Shown here: positions 19,683-23,776 of the stretch, piece by piece
Position numbering within the stretch: position 1 is the stretch's first letter
Layout: each line of letters opens with the position of its first letter
Assembly (NCBI GenBank): GCA_031385045.1
Contig: JANNBC010000008.1
Coordinates: forward strand, 1 to 23,776
Length of the DNA stretch: 23,776 nucleotides
Reading direction: 5' to 3'
Source: a bacterium
GTDB taxonomy: Bacteria; Bdellovibrionota_C; UBA2361; CALJRW01
The notes under the pieces: model-generated
Seen by the model: the letters and a program-made list of their open reading frames with translations, nothing else
Databases searched by the model: none
Told to the model about the DNA's origin: nothing
Translations under genes and position numbers: made by a program

Positions 19683-19833
19683 ATTAGTTACATTGAAAGC
19701 TAATGTGATTAGTAATTTAACCGATATTACAACTGGGGGCTTCTTTAGTTGTAATCACCAAAGATCGCAGCTCCCATCCCTAGTTACATAGTACTATAAT
19801 TCTATGTACCTTTAGGGGCATTTAGGATTATAG
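19683..19833. repeat. Array of inverted repeats downstream of the recombinase
   Basis: attagttacatt-7nt-aatgtgattagt (19683-19713); attacaact..agttgtaat (19726-19755); ccctag..tacatag/ctatgta..ttaggg (19778-19817); direct repeat tagttacat at 19685 and 19781. Confidence 0.6.
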
Positions 19834-19940
19834 AGTCAATTTGAGGTTTTTTGTGATAAGTTATACTGAACTGGCTAGTAAATGGCCGTTATCCGACCTT
19901 CAAAGGAATCTGTACCTATTTTTAAGCATCTTAATATTTA

Positions 19941-21695
19941 ATGTTCTCTAGGTTTTCTTGTCTCATTTTCTCTCTCTTTCTCGCTACTACAATTTTAGCA
20001 GAAAACATTCCAACATTAGTCGATTATTCTCAAATTTTAAATGGCCGAAAAGTTGGACAGATCTTTGTCAGCGTACATGATGTTTTTCCAAAGGATGAAG
20101 ACCCCAATTTGCTTTACCGCAAAGCTAATGACTGGAAATATAAAACTCAGGATAAAGTCATTCTTCGGGAATTAACCTTTAAGCCTGGCATGGAGATTTC
20201 TCAGTTTCACATCAAAGAATCTTCTCGTAACATCAGAACTTTAGATTTTATTCGTCGGGTTGAAATTAAGCCAGTCGTTGTTGATGATCAGACTGTTGAT
20301 GTTTATGTCGTAGTTCAAGACACTTGGACCTTAATTCCACAAATCAGTTATTCCAGCGTTGATGGTCGTAACAGACAAAGCTTTGGACTGGCTGAAAGTG
20401 ATCTTTTTGGGCTTGGTAAACGTTTAGAATTTTTAGTTGAGGATGATGCTGGCCGTAAAACAACTCAGACAGTATATGATGACAGACGTTTCTTTGGTAC
20501 CAGTAATCAGTTTGAAGTAGCAAGATTTCAAAGATCTGATGGCGACATTAATAAGATATCATTAGAGCGCCCTTTCCGGACTTTATTTGACCAGAACTCC
20601 TATGGGATAGCTTACTCCCGTGGTGACACTGCCGAAAGACTATTTAGAAATAGTGATGAGCGGTATGTTTTTCGTGATAAGGATACTGATTTTGACATGT
20701 TCTATACCTTTGCCAAAGGGCAACCAGAAGTTGGGTCTCGTAGATACTCTTTTGGTTATAATTACTTAGAAAACAAATTTCAGGAAGCAAGTTTAGAGGA
20801 CTATAATAATTTAGGAATCGACTTAAATGAGATCAAGTTAGAGGACATCGAACTACCAGAAAATCGACGTTATGTTGGTCCCTATCTAGCTTTTGAAAGT
20901 ATTCAGCCCAAATTTATTTCTAAAAATTACATTGATCGCTTTGATCGCTTTGATGATTACAACTTAGGTAATCAATCTTCCCTCAAATTACAATTAGCTC
21001 CAGAAGCACTTGGATCCTATGAAGACGCCCTACTGTTTTCTGGTTCTACTGGTACTGGTTGGTTATTCACCGATAATTCGTTTATGCGAGGTGAAATTGG
21101 TGTTGGCTCTCGGTATATGAAAGAAGAGCATACTTTGGAGAACTCAATTCTTCGCAGTGATTTAAGGTATTATAATTTACTCGGTAATCAAAAAATTGGG
21201 GGCTTATCGCTTGGAAATCATACTCTAGCGGCAGCCTTTACAATGGATTATTCTCAGAAATTAGATCGGGATCAAGAATTTCTTTTAGGAGCAGATAATT
21301 TCCTTCGAGGTTATAGCGCTAGGACTTTTTCTGGTGATAAGCGAGTTGCTGTAAATTTAGAAGATCGAATTCACTGGGCAGAAGATGTTTGGAAAATACT
21401 TAGTTTTGGAAGTGTCTTTTTCCTAGATGTTGGAACATCAACAGAAAATTCACTTGATAAGGCCCTGCAGAATGAGGTTTATTCGGATGCTGGGTTTGGA
21501 CTAAGAGTTGGTCTTCCCCGCTCCTCAGGTTCTCGGGTTTTAAGGTTTGATGTCGCTTATCCACTTCGGGATGGCCCTGATGGGACGGAAGCCTTTAAAC
21601 CTAGATTTCTGTTTTCGGCTTCGCAATCTTTTAATTCTTTTCTGCGATCGGAAGTTATTAGTAAGGAAAGAGCTACTGTTGATACGGGGTTTTAA
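19941..21695 (+). CDS. Omp85/BamA-TamA-like outer-membrane protein with a short POTRA region
   Basis: Signal peptide; POTRA-like KTQDKVILREL..RNIRTLDFI..VYVVVQDTW; ESDLFGLGKRLE first strand; LRGY loop-6 motif; FFLDVG, DAGFGLR, LRFDVAYPL C-terminal strands. Confidence 0.8.
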   Translation: MFSRFSCLIFSLFLATTILAENIPTLVDYSQILNGRKVGQIFVSVHDVFPKDEDPNLLYRKANDWKYKTQDKVILRELTFKPGMEISQFHIKESSRNIRTLDFIRRVEIKPVVVDDQTVDVYVVVQDTWTLIPQISYSSVDGRNRQSFGLAESDLFGLGKRLEFLVEDDAGRKTTQTVYDDRRFFGTSNQFEVARFQRSDGDINKISLERPFRTLFDQNSYGIAYSRGDTAERLFRNSDERYVFRDKDTDFDMFYTFAKGQPEVGSRRYSFGYNYLENKFQEASLEDYNNLGIDLNEIKLEDIELPENRRYVGPYLAFESIQPKFISKNYIDRFDRFDDYNLGNQSSLKLQLAPEALGSYEDALLFSGSTGTGWLFTDNSFMRGEIGVGSRYMKEEHTLENSILRSDLRYYNLLGNQKIGGLSLGNHTLAAAFTMDYSQKLDRDQEFLLGADNFLRGYSARTFSGDKRVAVNLEDRIHWAEDVWKILSFGSVFFLDVGTSTENSLDKALQNEVYSDAGFGLRVGLPRSSGSRVLRFDVAYPLRDGPDGTEAFKPRFLFSASQSFNSFLRSEVISKERATVDTGF

Positions 21696-21792
21696 CTAGA
21701 GAAAAAGAGAGATTCATTCATTGACTTTATGTGAGCATTACAAATTAATCTCTAATTGTTCTTTAGAATCAATTTATTTTTAAAGTTCCAAG

Positions 21793-22980
21793 TTGCCAAT
21801 CTCTTACATCATCAGACCAGCACTAATACTTAGTATCTTGGTAATTATTATACTTACCTTTGGAAAAAACTTAAAATTTGATAATTTTGAAAAAATTGGA
21901 AGAAATGACTTAATTGCTTTTTGGTCTGCTTCTCAGGCATTGACTGCAGGTAAGAATCCCTATGATTCTGGAGATATTCTTAAAATCCAACAAACTCTTA
22001 ATGGCAAGCTTAGAGTGGGACAAGCATATCTAAATCCCCCTTGGACTTTTGCTGTGTTTTCATTTTTTATTTTTAATTCATTTGAAACGACAAAGAATGT
22101 TTGGATTCTTTGTAATTTAATTTTTTTAATCTTAGGTCTTTATTGCGTAAGTCTTATTACAAGATGTTCCAATCTAAATTTGCTGTATGCTGCAATCCTA
22201 TACTCTCCATTTTACTATTGTCTATCTATTGGACAGTTATCAATATTTCTCTTTGCTGTTTTCTCATTAGCTATCCTTTTGGTTTTTAAAAAATGGTATT
22301 TTTGCTCTGGAATCATTTTTTCCATTCTCTCGATTAAATTTCATTTATTTAGTTGTTTGTTTGTTTTTATGTTTTTCTGGGCAATTCAAAATAAAAAGTT
22401 TAAGTGTATATTTGGATTAGTCGCAGGGTTATTATTATTACTAGTTTATCCAATTTTCTATTCTAATCAGATCTATCTTCAGTGGCTTAGTAACGAGTTT
22501 AATCCAATAAGTTATATGCATTCAAGCTTAGCAACACCCTTTAAAGTATATCTCGTCAATAACTATACGGAATTCTACAAACTTCCGAATATTATAATTC
22601 TAATTTTAGGATTAAGTGCAACATTATATGTATGTATTAAGTCAAAATTACAGTTGAATTATCTAAATATTAATATTTACTTATGTCTATCCTTAATGAT
22701 CTCTCCACATATCTGGCCATATGATTTTACATTGCTTCTCGGTATTTGCTCCGTGGTTTTCTTGCAAGCTTTTGATAAGATTAGAAAAAAAGAAAATAGA
22801 TTAAATTGGACTGTTATTTTTATTCTAATATTGGTTCAATTTATTGTCTTAATATATTTATTTTCTCTAAAGAACTACTTGGAACTTTGTTTTTTCTTTC
22901 CAATAATAACTTATTTTATTTTGTTATACATAAAAGAAAATAATTTACTTACAATAACTAATTGGCTCACTAGTGATTAA
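21793..22980 (+). CDS. GT87/DUF2029-like multi-pass membrane glycosyltransferase (GT-C fold)
   Basis: DLIAFWSA..GKNPYD, YLNPPW, GQLS, SIKFHL, SPHIWPYDF; many hydrophobic segments. The TTG start is uncertain. Confidence 0.75.
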   Translation: MPISYIIRPALILSILVIIILTFGKNLKFDNFEKIGRNDLIAFWSASQALTAGKNPYDSGDILKIQQTLNGKLRVGQAYLNPPWTFAVFSFFIFNSFETTKNVWILCNLIFLILGLYCVSLITRCSNLNLLYAAILYSPFYYCLSIGQLSIFLFAVFSLAILLVFKKWYFCSGIIFSILSIKFHLFSCLFVFMFFWAIQNKKFKCIFGLVAGLLLLLVYPIFYSNQIYLQWLSNEFNPISYMHSSLATPFKVYLVNNYTEFYKLPNIIILILGLSATLYVCIKSKLQLNYLNINIYLCLSLMISPHIWPYDFTLLLGICSVVFLQAFDKIRKKENRLNWTVIFILILVQFIVLIYLFSLKNYLELCFFFPIITYFILLYIKENNLLTITNWLTSD

Positions 22981-22991
22981 CTATTTATCAA

Positions 22992-23549
22992 TTAGTCTGC
23001 ACGACTCATATATGTCCCATCAACGGTGTTTACAATAATCCTTTCCCCTTCTTTTACAAATGGTGGGATTGATAATTGTAGGCCAGTATCCGTGATTGCT
23101 GGTTTAGGTGAGTTGCTAGCAGTAGCTCCTCGAAGTTCTGGTTCTGTTTCAACAACAGTTAGAATAACAGTTGTTGGTAACTCAATTCCAATTGGTGATT
23201 CATTATAAATTGTAACACCTACTTCCATATTCTCTTGAATATAGTAGACATCCTCTCCTAAGAATTTCTTAGATAATGAAAATTGTTCATAAGAGCTAAT
23301 ATCCATAAAACAGTAACTATCTGCATCTTGATAAAGATAGGTAGCCTTTGATGTATAAACATCGGCAATCTCAACATCCTCTGTTGACATGAAGCGCGCT
23401 TCCGTTTGGTTACCTGTAAGTAGGTTTCTCATTTTAGTCTGAACCACGGCATTCCCCTTCCCCGGTGTCACATGGTGAAAATCCATTATTCTATATGGCT
23501 CATTGCGGTATAAAACCACATTTCCTTTTCGTAAATTATTTGCTCGCAT
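22992..23549 (-). CDS. efp: Translation elongation factor P
   Basis: HVTPGKGNAVVQTKMRNL, YLYQD, FMD..SYEQ, IELP, RGATA..KPA..DTG, PPFVKEGE, YMSRA. Confidence 0.98.
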   Translation of the reverse strand: MRANNLRKGNVVLYRNEPYRIMDFHHVTPGKGNAVVQTKMRNLLTGNQTEARFMSTEDVEIADVYTSKATYLYQDADSYCFMDISSYEQFSLSKKFLGEDVYYIQENMEVGVTIYNESPIGIELPTTVILTVVETEPELRGATASNSPKPAITDTGLQLSIPPFVKEGERIIVNTVDGTYMSRAD

Positions 23550-23579
23550 TTTTCTTTAGTGACTAAAATTCCACTAAAT

Positions 23580-23630
23580 AATATATCAACTATTTTGATT
23601 AAAGCAAATTCTAAAATAAATCTTATTTTA
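23580..23630 (-). promoter_or_regulatory. Candidate efp promoter with an adjacent AT-rich palindrome
   Basis: Minus strand TTGCTT-16 nt-TATATT with an extended -10 (TGnTATATT); palindrome taaaataa-atc-ttatttta at 23612-23630. Confidence 0.35.
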
Positions 23631-23636
23631 AATGCA

Positions 23637-23776
23637 TGAGCTTCGCCAAAATGTTGGACAAGAATCCCTATAAACTTTTGTGATGAATTTGTTCAAATTC
23701 ATCAGGACTACAATACCCCAAAGCAGAATGCATCCTCTTAGGATTGTAGAAATTCTCGATCCAGTTAGTAATACTG
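23637..23776 (-). mobile_element. Right end of an IS3-family insertion sequence (continues beyond the window)
   Basis: Terminal IR-like TGAGCTTCGCCAAAATGTTGGACA (23637-23660) has the 5'-TG end typical of IS3-family elements and lies 7 bp beyond a transposase stop codon. Confidence 0.85.
23668..23775 (-). CDS. IS3-family transposase OrfB, C-terminal 35 aa (partial)
   Basis: Manual translation SITNWIENFYNPKRMHSALGYCSPDEFEQIHHKSL* matches the W/Y-I-x-x-F-YN-x-x-R-x-HS-x-LGY-x-SP-x-x-FE tail of IS3 integrase-core transposases. Confidence 0.9.
   Translation of the reverse strand, partial: SITNWIENFYNPKRMHSALGYCSPDEFEQIHHKSL

Noticed and set aside
19849..19877. Canonical dif site (gataa-gttata)
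   Set aside because: No TTATGTTAAAT-like XerD arm follows the spacer.
20932..20954. 9-bp tandem repeat ttgatcgct as a phase-variation tract
   Set aside because: Only about 2.5 copies and in frame (DRFDRFD), so slippage would not switch expression.
22992..23549. EF-P rhamnosylation (EarP) linked to the dTDP-rhamnose genes
   Set aside because: The loop is PGKG with lysine, not the arginine required by EarP, and no earP is adjacent.

Overview
AT-rich chromosomal DNA from a Gram-negative (diderm) bacterium, judged from LptD, an Omp85 protein, a lipoprotein and a periplasmic DegQ. The gene style suggests a deltaproteobacterial or Bdellovibrionota-like lineage, but this is inference only. A leftward operon (Nif3/DUF34, mevalonate kinase, folE) diverges from a long rightward envelope run: accD, lptD, rmlB, rmlD, manC, gmd, rmd-like, a clan GH-A lipoprotein and an RNHCP zinc protein. 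It is followed by degQ, a secreted FG-GAP propeller, a stand-alone di-heme DHOR-family protein, a NagD-type phosphatase, an orphan catalytically complete tyrosine recombinase, an Omp85-family barrel, an AT-rich GT87-type membrane glycosyltransferase and efp. The window ends in the right end of an IS3-family element that the ORF track missed. Most intergenic gaps carry long inverted repeats, and two of them share a REP-like core. No tRNA, rRNA or CRISPR array was seen. I cannot demonstrate a new system from sequence alone. The best leads are (i) the orphan recombinase with a structured downstream tract, (ii) the L-/D-6-deoxyhexose plus PslG-like hydrolase plus LptD locus, (iii) the DUF34-mvk-folE operon, (iv) the DHOR protein with a twin Cx6C insert, and (v) the REP-like palindrome family.
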